A stretch of DNA of 51,208 nucleotides from IMG/VR virus record IMGVR_UViG_3300014789_000001. The stretch is one strand, 5' to 3'. Made by a program: the position numbers and the translations under genes. Shown here one piece after another: positions 42,280 to 51,168 of the stretch (positions are counted from its first letter, which is position 1; the number at the start of each line of letters is the position of its first letter). A model generated the notes under the pieces. The model was not told where the DNA came from and ran no database searches. It saw nothing but the letters and a program-made list of their open reading frames with translations. This DNA is from a virus.

Positions 42280-42308
42280 CTGCTTGGGCTCCTCTAAACA
42301 CCGCAAAA

Positions 42309-42336
42309 GCCCCGAGGCCCTTACGGGCTCCGGGGC
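42309..42336 (-). other. GC-rich hairpin with GTAA loop followed by U-rich tract, between TR and RT
   Basis: The minus strand reads GCCCCGGAGCCC-GTAA-GGGCCTCGGGGC (12 positions: 10 Watson-Crick pairs, one wobble pair, one mismatch) followed by TTTTGCGGTGTTT. Confidence 0.55.
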
Positions 42337-42460
42337 GTCGGTGCTATGTGTTTATCCTCGGCGGTATGCCTTTGGACGGGATATTCCTTCCTTTGATGGG
42401 TGGGCCTCTGCTTTCGGCCCCGCCGCAGCGGGGTCTACTTGGTCGCGGTAAATTCCACCG

Positions 42461-42568
42461 AAGCCGGGCGGACGCCGTTGTTGCCGTTGTACGCGTTGTT
42501 GTTGTTGAGCGTCCCGTCCGAGTTCACGTTGCGGACGTTGTTCGAGTTCGACGCGTTCGGGGAGCGCA
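42461..42568 (-). repeat. DGR template repeat (TR)
   Basis: The coding-sense strand holds 13 AAC codons and 29 adenines by hand count. It is non-coding in context and is the donor for VR1 and VR2. Confidence 0.9.
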
Positions 42569-42620
42569 CTACGCACAACAAAAGTCGATGCCGTACAAGG
42601 AATACCCCAATGAAACGCCG

Positions 42621-43022
42621 TCAGCCTTTCGGGCTGAACCGCGCTGCATCCTTCTTCCGCCACGAAGCTGTGAGGTTCTTGACGTCGAGTATCTTCTTCG
42701 TCCAGTCCTCGCAGCGGCGGATGTCGATGTAGCCCCTTTCGAGGGCTATGTCGAGTAGGTTGAGGAGGAGCTTACATTTCGTAAGAGCTCTCTTTTGAAG
42801 GTCGAGGCGTTCTGCTGTCTCTGCGGCGCTGCGAGGGAATATCTCGTTCGCCTCTATGAGGCATTCCAGAACGTCGAGGGCCGCTGTCTCCATCCGCTGC
42901 GAAAGTGTGAAGCGGACGCTTTTCGGAAACACCTTGTTGCTGGCCCACATGGTATGGTTCACAAGGTCTTTGGCCTTGCTTATGGCGGTGAGTTCGCCGG
43001 GCTTGCCGTTCGTAGCAGACAC
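42621..43022 (-). CDS. avd: Accessory variability determinant (Avd-like four-helix-bundle protein)
   Basis: A 133-aa ORF with the motif FPKSVRFTLSQRMETAALDVLECLIEANE and a basic C-terminus, immediately upstream of the TR. The start is uncertain because GTG 43022 abuts the GGAG. Confidence 0.7.
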   Translation of the reverse strand: MSATNGKPGELTAISKAKDLVNHTMWASNKVFPKSVRFTLSQRMETAALDVLECLIEANEIFPRSAAETAERLDLQKRALTKCKLLLNLLDIALERGYIDIRRCEDWTKKILDVKNLTASWRKKDAARFSPKG

Positions 43023-43240
43023 CTCCTTTCAGCGAGGGCGTCGAGCTCTTCTTGGCTGATGCCCTCCACTTCGAGTACGCCTTTCTTCACTGTGATGCTC
43101 ACCTGTCTGCCGTCTATGCTGGTGCCGGTGAGGTACAGCCCGTCATGCCGCCTGCACGGGCAGGGCGTCTCCAATTCGGAAATGAGGTGCGGTATGAGAC
43201 AGGCGGCGGTCTCCTCCGTGCAGAGAACCGCCGCCGTCAT
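42980..43240 (-). CDS. Hypothetical small protein (tail-fibre accessory candidate)
   Basis: An 86-aa ORF with an ATGA overlap to the tail-fibre gene. Its 3' end overlaps avd. Confidence 0.35.
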   Translation of the reverse strand: MTAAVLCTEETAACLIPHLISELETPCPCRRHDGLYLTGTSIDGRQVSITVKKGVLEVEGISQEELDALAERRCLLRTASPANSPP

Positions 43241-43935
43241 GCCTCAATGAGCCTCGCTGTCTGGTTCCACACGCCGTCGATGATGGTGACGTTGGAAAGG
43301 GTTGCGAAGTCCGCGCTGAACGTGATGCCGCCGGGCATATCCCCGCTGATGAGGTCGGAAAGAAGGTCGATTTCGTCCCCGTAGTCGTCGAGGATTTCTT
43401 GCAGGCCGGCGATGTCGGAAATTTCGTGCCCGTGGCCGATGAGCGCGTAGTTGGCGAGGTCTGCCATCGTGGCGAAGGCGTCCGGGTTAATGATGGCGGT
43501 GACGATGCTGACGCTCGAGACAATGGTAACGAGCGTGAAGGTCGCCAGCTTGTTCACGGCGTCGCCGTCCGGGCGTATCCATTCCGGGTGTTCCTGCAGG
43601 GAGAGGTAGGTGTAGAGGATTTCTCCTTCGTCCGGGTCTGTGGCCCAGAGGCCGAGCTCCGTGGCGTTGAAGCCGGTCTCGACGCCGACGCTGCTGACCT
43701 GCGCGACGATGGAGACTTCTCCGTTGTTGCTGTTCGCGATGGAGGCAATCATGCCGTCCATAACTTCGTGCCCGAGCTCTGTCATGCTGTCCGGGCTGCT
43801 GCCCGAGGGGATGCTCCCGTCGCCGACGCTGACGCGGGTGAATTGCAGTCCCTCTCCCGAGGCCATGAGCTTGGCGATGAGGTTGTTCCCTTTTTGGGTG
43901 AGGTAGCTGCCGTCGTTGTAGCCGATTTCTGGCAT
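43237..43935 (-). CDS. Tail fibre protein (P2 gpH N-terminal / DUF3751-like)
   Basis: A 232-aa ORF. YLTQKGNNLIAKLMASGEGLQFTRVSVGDG...ELGLW matches the tail-collar fibre N-terminal pattern. Confidence 0.55.
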   Translation of the reverse strand: MPEIGYNDGSYLTQKGNNLIAKLMASGEGLQFTRVSVGDGSIPSGSSPDSMTELGHEVMDGMIASIANSNNGEVSIVAQVSSVGVETGFNATELGLWATDPDEGEILYTYLSLQEHPEWIRPDGDAVNKLATFTLVTIVSSVSIVTAIINPDAFATMADLANYALIGHGHEISDIAGLQEILDDYGDEIDLLSDLISGDMPGGITFSADFATLSNVTIIDGVWNQTARLIEA

Positions 43936-43956
43936 TGTGCTGTTCCTCCTGTCTGT

Positions 43957-44640
43957 TTAATATGCTGGCCGGATTGTGATGTGTGCCAGCTCGTAGGCGT
44001 AGCTGTTGAGGTAGATGGTGCTGCTGGCCCTGCGGTTGATGACCGGGGGCCTTATCGTCATCCTCGACGAAATGGCCGCCCCGGTGTTGAGGTAGAGCGT
44101 CGCTTCGTTCCGCCGGTAGGTGCGGAGGAAAAGCCTCATCCCGACGCCTGCCGCGACGATGCGCTTCATGACGCCGGCGATGAGCTCCGCCGTGTCAATC
44201 TTCTCGGCCTCGAGGTCTGCTTCGTCCACATATATCCACACCTTCGCGGGGAAAACTTCGTCGAGGTCTACTTGTTCCGGCTCGATGTCGAAAAGGGTCG
44301 CCGCCGCATTGATGACGGTCTCAATGTCGCCGCCGGAGAGGAGGCTTATCATCTTGACCTTAATCAGCAGGCGGTAGAAGGCGTCAGGGGCTCCGTCTCG
44401 GGCTACGCCGAAGTTTTCCCCGTAGCGGTCTAATACCGCGCCCTGCGCGTTGTCAAGGTCGTCCCAGAGGAGTATCTTGTCGCTCTGGTCGTGGACAAGC
44501 TCAAGGCCCCACGCAAGGGTGTTGAACAGCCGCCCGATGTTGGTCTCGAGGGGGAGGCTGCTGTATGCGTTCCTCACGTCGTCCCGGTTGTACGCGCCGG
44601 TGAGCATATCGAGCATCGTGTGTAGGTAGCCGTGGCTCAT
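43957..44640 (-). CDS. Baseplate/tail protein, P2 gpI / XkdU-like (DUF2313)
   Basis: A 227-aa ORF following the baseplate J gene, with the pattern LDRYGENFGV.R.G..D..YR..I. Confidence 0.55.
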   Translation of the reverse strand: MSHGYLHTMLDMLTGAYNRDDVRNAYSSLPLETNIGRLFNTLAWGLELVHDQSDKILLWDDLDNAQGAVLDRYGENFGVARDGAPDAFYRLLIKVKMISLLSGGDIETVINAAATLFDIEPEQVDLDEVFPAKVWIYVDEADLEAEKIDTAELIAGVMKRIVAAGVGMRLFLRTYRRNEATLYLNTGAAISSRMTIRPPVINRRASSTIYLNSYAYELAHITIRPAY

Positions 44641-45827
44641 GTGACGCTCACCTTCGCTTTCTCTGTGTATGCCTTCTCTCTGGTGTCTACCTCGATGTTG
44701 TAGGTGCCGTAGTCGCTGCCGTCCGGGCTGGTCTGGAGGGTGAAGTCGAGGACGCCGGGGATGGTGTAGATGACCTCCGGGAGCCGGTTGTAATACACGG
44801 TCTCGCCGATGGTCGTCCCGCCCTTCACGTCGCTGCCGATGTAGTCGATGAGGGCCTGCGCGATTTGGTCTTTCCCGTCCACGGGGAAACGGTTGGCGTC
44901 CGTCTCGAGGTCTGTGACCTTAATCCACACCGGCACAAGGGTCGGCCTCGAGAATTTGATGTTGTAGGTAACGCCGCTGGAAGACAGGACGGCGACGGTG
45001 GTGCTGCCGTAGGTTTGGATGCCCGCCGCCTTGCGCCGGAAAATCTGCTGCGCGACGTCGCTGTCGAGCCCGCCGTAGACGACGGCCTCGATGCTGTGCG
45101 GGGGGAGGCCCTCGCTGTCTGTTTCGTCGGTGTCGTTCTCGTACACGATGGCCGAGTAGACACCTTCGACGTTCTGCAAAATCTCGCCCCGGATGGCATC
45201 TGCGTTGACACCGCCGGCATAGTCCACAGATTGGTAATACCTGTCCCGGTATTCCTCATCCGTCTCGCGGGCCCGGCCTCCGTCGAAGGCTGCCGGGTTC
45301 GTGACCGCCGTTATTCCCTCCGGGATGCCGGGGTTGATAACGACGGTGACGGTTCCCGCTGCTACGTTGCCCTCTGGGCCCGCTGTGGTGGCCTGTGCGG
45401 GCAGAAGGACGGTGCCCCCTGTTCCTATCTCCCCCTGCGCCATGACGACGAATTGGAGGCCTGCTACGGTTCCTGCGAGCCACCCTACGGGGACGATGGT
45501 TCCCGGCGTACCCGTAATTTGGAGGTAGCCGCTTGACTTCTGCTCCGATAGGAGCTTGAGGCCGATGGCCTTGCCGAGGTTGTAGAGAGAAGTTCCTACC
45601 GCCGTGTCAACGAAGCGCGAGTTGTAGACGTCCTCGATGGTGGAAAAGAGCATATTCAAAATCCAAGCGAAAATCCGCAGGAACAGGCCGATGGGCGAAC
45701 GGACGGTGAGGTTCGCCTTGCTGCCGAACAGCTCCCTTGCCTTGTACTCGAGGGCGTCGAGAAGCTCCGTGTATGTGGGCCTTCGGAAGCCTCGCTCCGT
45801 GAGGCCCCATTCGTTTTGTGTGCTCAC
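44637..45827 (-). CDS. Baseplate J-like protein (gp47/XkdT family)
   Basis: A 396-aa ORF assigned by size, its position after the gpW-like gene, and the motif TELLDALEYKARELFG...VRSP. Confidence 0.75.
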   Translation of the reverse strand: MSTQNEWGLTERGFRRPTYTELLDALEYKARELFGSKANLTVRSPIGLFLRIFAWILNMLFSTIEDVYNSRFVDTAVGTSLYNLGKAIGLKLLSEQKSSGYLQITGTPGTIVPVGWLAGTVAGLQFVVMAQGEIGTGGTVLLPAQATTAGPEGNVAAGTVTVVINPGIPEGITAVTNPAAFDGGRARETDEEYRDRYYQSVDYAGGVNADAIRGEILQNVEGVYSAIVYENDTDETDSEGLPPHSIEAVVYGGLDSDVAQQIFRRKAAGIQTYGSTTVAVLSSSGVTYNIKFSRPTLVPVWIKVTDLETDANRFPVDGKDQIAQALIDYIGSDVKGGTTIGETVYYNRLPEVIYTIPGVLDFTLQTSPDGSDYGTYNIEVDTREKAYTEKAKVSVT

Positions 45828-46198
45828 TGCTGCGTCACCTCCATGCTGATGGTCTGTCCGCTGTAAAGGGTGCCGGAGAAGGCGACGTTGAGCTCGCGCC
45901 CGTCTGTCTCTGCGTCAAGCTGGTCTATCTGCTCGACGTCCGTCTCTTGGAAGATGGCCTCCCGTAGTACCTCCTCGACTTCATCGTCCTCGAGGTCGGA
46001 GCGCCGCCGTCCGAAGATGCGCTCGTAGTCGGTGCCGTGGCTCTCGTCGAGAGGGAAGCCGCCCTTCCATGTGAGAAGGGTAAGCCGGACGCACTGCGCC
46101 GTGGTTTCGTCGCCGTAGATGAGCACCATGTTCCCGTCTTCGTCGAGGGGGATGTCCATCGTCTCGGGGTCGATTTTCAACGTCATGTTTCTGTCCAC
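45824..46198 (-). CDS. Baseplate wedge protein, gpW/gp25-like (DUF2634/XkdS-like)
   Basis: A ~124-aa ORF starting at GTG 46198 after AAGGAGGG, lying between the spike and baseplate J genes. Confidence 0.5.
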   Translation of the reverse strand: MDRNMTLKIDPETMDIPLDEDGNMVLIYGDETTAQCVRLTLLTWKGGFPLDESHGTDYERIFGRRRSDLEDDEVEEVLREAIFQETDVEQIDQLDAETDGRELNVAFSGTLYSGQTISMEVTQQ

Positions 46199-46211
46199 TT
46201 GCTTCCCTCCT

Positions 46212-46847
46212 TTACTGCGGTGGTGATGTCTGCCCGTCCGGGCAGGTGTGTGTATGGCTCTTAAGGCTGACGCCTCCGGCGATGACGTCGCCCGTGGCCG
46301 TGATGCTGCCGGTGACGGTAACGTCCCCGGTGACAGTAACATCGCCAATGATGGTGATGTCTCCCGTGACCTTCGTGTCTCCAAGAACTTCGATGCCGTT
46401 CTCCTTGACGACGAGGTAGATGGAGCCGCCCTCCGTCCCGATGGCGTAGCCGTCCGGGAGGCTGTTGCTGGCGCTTCCGGGCAGGATGCCGCCGATGAAT
46501 ATGGCGTCAGTGGCCGAGTGATTGCGCTCTGTGTTTGGCTCTCCCTCGGTGCCGCTGCTCACGGCGTTGTCGATGTCGTGGTCGCAGAAGACCACGAGGC
46601 CGATGTCTCCGGCCTTGTAGGCGACCTTCTTGGAGAAGCCTCCGCCCCTGTCGCACACGATGGGGACGCCGAGGATTGGGGGTTGGCTCTGGTAGGTGCC
46701 TTGCTCGAGCCTCTTGGAGATTGGCTGCACATCGACGGTCTGCTTTGCGCCGTCGTAGGCCGTGACCTTTACGATTTGGGCGACGTTGATGGCCTCTGCG
46801 GCCTTCTTCTGCTGTTGCTGCTCGTATCTGTACTGCGGCGTGTTCAT
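46212..46847 (-). CDS. Baseplate central spike / assembly protein V-like
   Basis: A 211-aa ORF with an OB-like N-terminus, a beta-helix repeat (TGDITIIGDVTVTGDVTVTGSITATGDV) and the terminal LKSHTHTCPDGQTSPP. Confidence 0.7.
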   Translation of the reverse strand: MNTPQYRYEQQQQKKAAEAINVAQIVKVTAYDGAKQTVDVQPISKRLEQGTYQSQPPILGVPIVCDRGGGFSKKVAYKAGDIGLVVFCDHDIDNAVSSGTEGEPNTERNHSATDAIFIGGILPGSASNSLPDGYAIGTEGGSIYLVVKENGIEVLGDTKVTGDITIIGDVTVTGDVTVTGSITATGDVIAGGVSLKSHTHTCPDGQTSPPQ

Positions 46848-47689
46848 GCGGGCCTCACCTCGATTTCTGTCTTCCAGTCGCCGCTTTGGCTGCCCTTGTG
46901 GGTGCCCCGGACGATAATAAACTGCCCGTTGAGGTCGCTCGACTGGATGCGGATGATGTCGGCGGGGCCGAGGTGGTAGTTGAGAAGGCTGTTCCGCTTC
47001 TTGGTCTGGGCTTCTTCGTCCTTCTCCTCGGTGGTCTTCTTGGTGTCGAGGTCTGTCTCGACCTCGATGACGACCTTTTCCTCATCCGTGCGGAGGAGGC
47101 CGGTCTCTGGCGATAGCAGGTAGCCCTTGTTCACGCCGTCCGCCGGGTTGTTGATGATGATTTTCCCGCAGCGGATGAGGAACCGGCTCTTGCAGTCGCT
47201 CACGACGATTTCCTTCAAAACGTCCTTGAGCTTTCCTTTGCATACCCTCCCGCGAGGGTATTCCTTGTCGATGGCGAGCTCAAAGGTTCCGACTTCGATG
47301 CCGAAGATGTTGAGAAGGTCTTGCACCATCGCCTTCGCCTTTATGCTCTTGGTGTAGGTCTTGTTGACCTGTGCCGTGAGCCATTGGTCGAGGGCCTCCG
47401 TGGCCGTGATTTTGGTCGTCCATTCTGTGCTGCTGTGCTTGTGGGAAAGGCCGGACACCTGCCCGACGAAGATGACGCCGAGGTCTCCTTCGTAGCCGGC
47501 ATTGATGATGACCGGGTCTCCCTTCTTGATGCTGTTCCGGGTGTTCGCCGACAGGTTGTAGGCGTTGACGGTGGCCGTTGTGAGCTCATCACTGTCCTCG
47601 AACGGCACCTCGAAGTCAAAGGCGAGGTCGTCCATCGAGTATCTGTTCCCCCCGATTTGGAGGGTCGCGCTGCGGAGCCAGAAATCCAT
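46844..47689 (-). CDS. Baseplate hub protein, gpD / XkdQ-like
   Basis: A 281-aa ORF starting at ATG 47689, in the conserved position upstream of the spike. Confidence 0.55.
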   Translation of the reverse strand: MDFWLRSATLQIGGNRYSMDDLAFDFEVPFEDSDELTTATVNAYNLSANTRNSIKKGDPVIINAGYEGDLGVIFVGQVSGLSHKHSSTEWTTKITATEALDQWLTAQVNKTYTKSIKAKAMVQDLLNIFGIEVGTFELAIDKEYPRGRVCKGKLKDVLKEIVVSDCKSRFLIRCGKIIINNPADGVNKGYLLSPETGLLRTDEEKVVIEVETDLDTKKTTEEKDEEAQTKKRNSLLNYHLGPADIIRIQSSDLNGQFIIVRGTHKGSQSGDWKTEIEVRPA

Positions 47690-48045
47690 CACTCGACCCT
47701 CCTCTCGTGGAGGTACAGCTTGACTTGCTTCCCGAAATTGTCGAACGTCACTGTGTCGATGTCTTCCCCGGTGAGGCATTGGGGGATGATGACTGGGAGA
47801 GGGAAGCGTTCGTCTTCCACGCTCCCGAAAAGGGGCCGCCCGTAGCGGACAATGTCGCCGTAGACGAGCGGCTCCCCGTCGCTGGTGGCGAGGTCTACTG
47901 TGAAGAAGCTCCCCGCCTCGTTGTACTTGACCGTGAAAGTGTAGGTCTTGTCCGTGAGCTTGACGGAGAAGGTGTAGGGCACCTTGCTCGTATCAATCTC
48001 GACGACCTCGACCTCGTTTCCAAGGTCGATAAGCTGTAATGCCAT
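47689..48045 (-). CDS. Hypothetical baseplate-associated protein
   Basis: A 118-aa ORF assigned by its position in the operon. Confidence 0.4.
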   Translation of the reverse strand: MALQLIDLGNEVEVVEIDTSKVPYTFSVKLTDKTYTFTVKYNEAGSFFTVDLATSDGEPLVYGDIVRYGRPLFGSVEDERFPLPVIIPQCLTGEDIDTVTFDNFGKQVKLYLHERRVE

Positions 48046-48061
48046 AGCCGCCCTCCTTCCG

Positions 48062-48667
48062 TCAGCTCACGCCGTTGTAGCTGGCCGTCGCTCTGGTGGC
48101 GGGGCCGCTGCTGCTGGCCGGTTTGCTGTTGTAGCTGTTCACATAGGCGGCGTAGGCGCTGCTGGAAATGGTCTCCGACACTGTGGTCTTGAGCCCGTCG
48201 CTGCTGGTTTTCTTGGTCTGGGCTGTCGAGTAGCTTGTGGGCTTCCCGGTGTCCTGCTGCGTCATCATCGGCATCGCCCCGACTTCGACCACCTCCGAGG
48301 AGGAGATGTTGACCTGCTGGAAGGAGACCTTGAAGGTGCAGCCCTTCGCGTTCTTGGCCCCGTAGTCGAAAGAGAGGCTTGTGATGACGAGGTTTGCGAT
48401 GCGGACGCGCCCCGTGTAGGTTACGATGTCCCGGCGGTCTCGCATGGTTTGTAGCGTCTGCTGGCCCTGCTGGCCGCCGATGATGGTGCCGCTTATGGAG
48501 AATTTGACCGGGTCTTTTACGACGTGGTCGTTGATGTCTGCGCCGTTCTCGATGGGGTTCGAGGTGACTTTGCTGGACATAGAGACGGCCTCGCTCTGGA
48601 TGTTGCCGATGGTGTCCGGCTCGAACCGCACCGAGCCGCTTTTCCGGCCCGTGATGGTGTATGCCAT
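48062..48667 (-). CDS. Tail/baseplate protein following tape measure (XkdP-position)
   Basis: A 201-aa ORF immediately downstream of the tape-measure gene. Confidence 0.4.
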   Translation of the reverse strand: MAYTITGRKSGSVRFEPDTIGNIQSEAVSMSSKVTSNPIENGADINDHVVKDPVKFSISGTIIGGQQGQQTLQTMRDRRDIVTYTGRVRIANLVITSLSFDYGAKNAKGCTFKVSFQQVNISSSEVVEVGAMPMMTQQDTGKPTSYSTAQTKKTSSDGLKTTVSETISSSAYAAYVNSYNSKPASSSGPATRATASYNGVS

Positions 48668-48681
48668 GCGCTGTCACCTCC

Positions 48682-51168
48682 TTATGCGTAGGCGTTCTTG
48701 ATGTTCATGGTGTCGTATTCCTCCTCGCGCATCTCCTTGTAGAGCCGCCGGAACATGGCCTCCGCCTGCGCCATGAGGCTGTCGGCGGTGCCTTGGTCTA
48801 CGTTCCCCTGAACTTGCAGGGTAAGGCTCGGGGAGAAGCTGCTCGAGGAGTTGATGTTGCTCGATGCGCCGGCGATGAGCTGCTCGCTCTTGTCCGCCGG
48901 GATGATGGCCGTGCCCTGCGGGAGGAAGGCGACCTCTCCGCCCTCCTCATTGATGCGCGTCCAGCCGCCTTCAAAGTTGTCGGTGCCCTCCGCGTTTCCG
49001 GGGATGGATGTCACGCCGACGCTGACGGACGCGCTGCTCGCGCTGGCCGCTGCCGAGGCGATGCGATTGAAGGCGGCGACAATGGCGTTCGCGCCGTTCT
49101 CTGCCGCCGTCGTCATCCGGCTCCATGCTGTTTCGGCGTCTATTGCCATCGTGGCGTAGGTGCTGCTGGCCTCTGCGCCCATCGTCTTGAGGTTTAGGTC
49201 TGTGATGTCCTTGGTCTCGATGATGCTTTCCTGCGCGGTGGCATTGGCCTCTGTTGCGGCCCCGGTGACGTCCGAGGTGTACTGCGACGTGTCAACAGCG
49301 AGGCTGACTTCCGTGTTCGCGCTCTCTTGCAGGCCGTTGACGGCTCCGTTGAGCCCTTCGACCTCCTCCTTGCTCTCCTTCGCGCCGCCGAAAAGGCCGG
49401 AGAAGAAGTTGACGACGGCTCCGACGCCGTCTGCCAGCCAGCCGATGATTGTGCCGAGCACGTCCCCTATGACGCCCAGAACATTCCCGATGACCTCAAG
49501 GACAGGGGAAAGGGCTTCGAGGATGGGGGCGATGAGCCCGAGTAGCTCTGCAATCGGCGGGAGAATGGCCTCTGCGATGCTCTGAATGACCGGCATAAGG
49601 GGCTCGATGAGCGAGATGATGACGTTCAAAATCTCCGTCAGCGGCGGCATAAGGGTCTCGACCAGCAGGCCGAGGATGCTCGCCAGCGGCGGCAAAACGG
49701 TCTGCGCGAGGTTGCCGAATACCTCAATGAGCGGCGTCGCGGCTTGGAATACCGTGCCGAGGACGTCCGTTAGGACGGGCAAAAGGGCTTGCCCGAGCTC
49801 CATAATGACCGGCATGGCCTGTGAGAGGCCTTCCGAGAGCATTTCCACAAGGCCGAGGAGCATGGGCTCGATGGTCGGCCACGCCTCGATGATGGTGTTG
49901 AGAAACTGCTCGATGACTGGGGTAAACTTCCCTCCGGCGTCCTCCATGAAATTCGTCCAGATGCCGTTGAGGCTCTTGGTGCTGTTGGTGAGGCCGTCAG
50001 TCTGGTTGATGGCCGCCTGCTGCACCTTGGAGCTCTGCTCGATGATGGATGCAAGCCGGACTTGTGCGAGGGTGGCTTCGTCCATTTCGTCGATGTTCTC
50101 CCCAAGGCCCATCTTCATGGCCTGCGCCTTGACCGTCGCTTCGTCCAGCTTGACGCCGTACTCCGCGAGTGCCTCTCCGTTACCCTGTATGCCCTCTTGG
50201 ATGAGGGTGAGGGCCTCGGTGTCGTCCATCGAGAAGGCGTTGCCGAAGTCGTAGGCGAGGGAAGTGGTGGTCTTGGACAGCTCTGCTGCCGCGTCGTCCG
50301 TGATGCCGAGGTTAGTGTAGAGGGCTTGGTTGCTGACGAGGAAGCCTTGCACCTCCGTGTTGCTACGGTGAACGGCGTCCGCGTAGTTGTCGGCCCATTC
50401 CCCGACGTCTGTGCCGGCGAACAGGTTATCGAACTTCGCGGAGGTGTTCTCTCCGAGCTTTGCTGCCTCTATCGCTGCGCCGGCGAATTCCTTAATGGCG
50501 TCCGTGGCCGCTTGGATGGCTTCGATACTCAAGAAGGCTGCGAGCGCCCCCTTGATGGCGTCCTTCACTTGGCCCCCCGCGTCGCTGCCTTCCGCGCCCA
50601 TGTCGTCGAGCGCCCGCTCTGCGTCCTTGGCTTCGTCCTCTACGTCGTCAGCCGCGTCAGCGGCCCCGTTAAGGGCCTGCACGAGCCTTCCTCGTATGGT
50701 TTGTATAGGATGGGTAAAGGCCGTTCCAATGGCCTTTGCGCCCTTTGTGACGTCGTTCTTGAAGCCGGTGAATTGCTTTTGCGTATAGGCGATGGCCCCG
50801 GAGACGCCGGTGCGGAAGCTCTTGGCAAGCGACTGTCCGCTCTGGATGCCCGCTGCCATCGTCTTCTTGAAGGCCGCGCCGAAGCTGTCGGCCTCCGCTC
50901 CCATTTTTCGGAAGCTGTCACTCGCATCGTCACCGGCGTCGTCGAAGTCCGCGCCCATCCTCTGGGCGGCGGCTCCGGCGTCCCGTGCTGCGTCCGCGCC
51001 TGCCGCGCCCATGTCGCTGATTGCGCGGCTGCAAGACTGTGCCCCAGCCTCTGCCCGGTCTACGGCCTCATCGACGTCGCCAAGGCCGCTTTCCATCTGC
51101 TCGATGGCGTTCAAGGCGTCCGACGCTTGGAAGCCTATGCCGTAGGTGAGGTCTCTTGCGTCTGCCAA
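48682..51168 (-). CDS. Tail tape measure protein
   Basis: An 828-aa Ala/Gly/Leu-rich helical protein starting at TTG 51168, 5 nt after AAGGAGGTGA. It lies between the chaperones (across the circular junction) and the baseplate genes. Confidence 0.8.
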   Translation of the reverse strand: MADARDLTYGIGFQASDALNAIEQMESGLGDVDEAVDRAEAGAQSCSRAISDMGAAGADAARDAGAAAQRMGADFDDAGDDASDSFRKMGAEADSFGAAFKKTMAAGIQSGQSLAKSFRTGVSGAIAYTQKQFTGFKNDVTKGAKAIGTAFTHPIQTIRGRLVQALNGAADAADDVEDEAKDAERALDDMGAEGSDAGGQVKDAIKGALAAFLSIEAIQAATDAIKEFAGAAIEAAKLGENTSAKFDNLFAGTDVGEWADNYADAVHRSNTEVQGFLVSNQALYTNLGITDDAAAELSKTTTSLAYDFGNAFSMDDTEALTLIQEGIQGNGEALAEYGVKLDEATVKAQAMKMGLGENIDEMDEATLAQVRLASIIEQSSKVQQAAINQTDGLTNSTKSLNGIWTNFMEDAGGKFTPVIEQFLNTIIEAWPTIEPMLLGLVEMLSEGLSQAMPVIMELGQALLPVLTDVLGTVFQAATPLIEVFGNLAQTVLPPLASILGLLVETLMPPLTEILNVIISLIEPLMPVIQSIAEAILPPIAELLGLIAPILEALSPVLEVIGNVLGVIGDVLGTIIGWLADGVGAVVNFFSGLFGGAKESKEEVEGLNGAVNGLQESANTEVSLAVDTSQYTSDVTGAATEANATAQESIIETKDITDLNLKTMGAEASSTYATMAIDAETAWSRMTTAAENGANAIVAAFNRIASAAASASSASVSVGVTSIPGNAEGTDNFEGGWTRINEEGGEVAFLPQGTAIIPADKSEQLIAGASSNINSSSSFSPSLTLQVQGNVDQGTADSLMAQAEAMFRRLYKEMREEEYDTMNIKNAYA

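Larger units (their letters stand above)
42307..42620 (-). ncRNA. DGR template RNA region (TR plus spacer)
   Basis: This is the non-coding interval between avd and the RT gene. It contains the TR and two GC-rich hairpins. Confidence 0.5.

Noticed and set aside
42486-42510. A GTT/AAC trinucleotide run that looks like a microsatellite or short tandem repeat.
   Set aside because: It is the AAC-codon core of the DGR template repeat, not a slippage-type simple repeat or a CRISPR element.
46290-46370. A repeated GTGAC(A/G)GT motif on the + strand.
   Set aside because: It corresponds to the beta-helix repeat TGDVTVTGDVTVTG of the baseplate spike protein, a normal structural feature of spike proteins.
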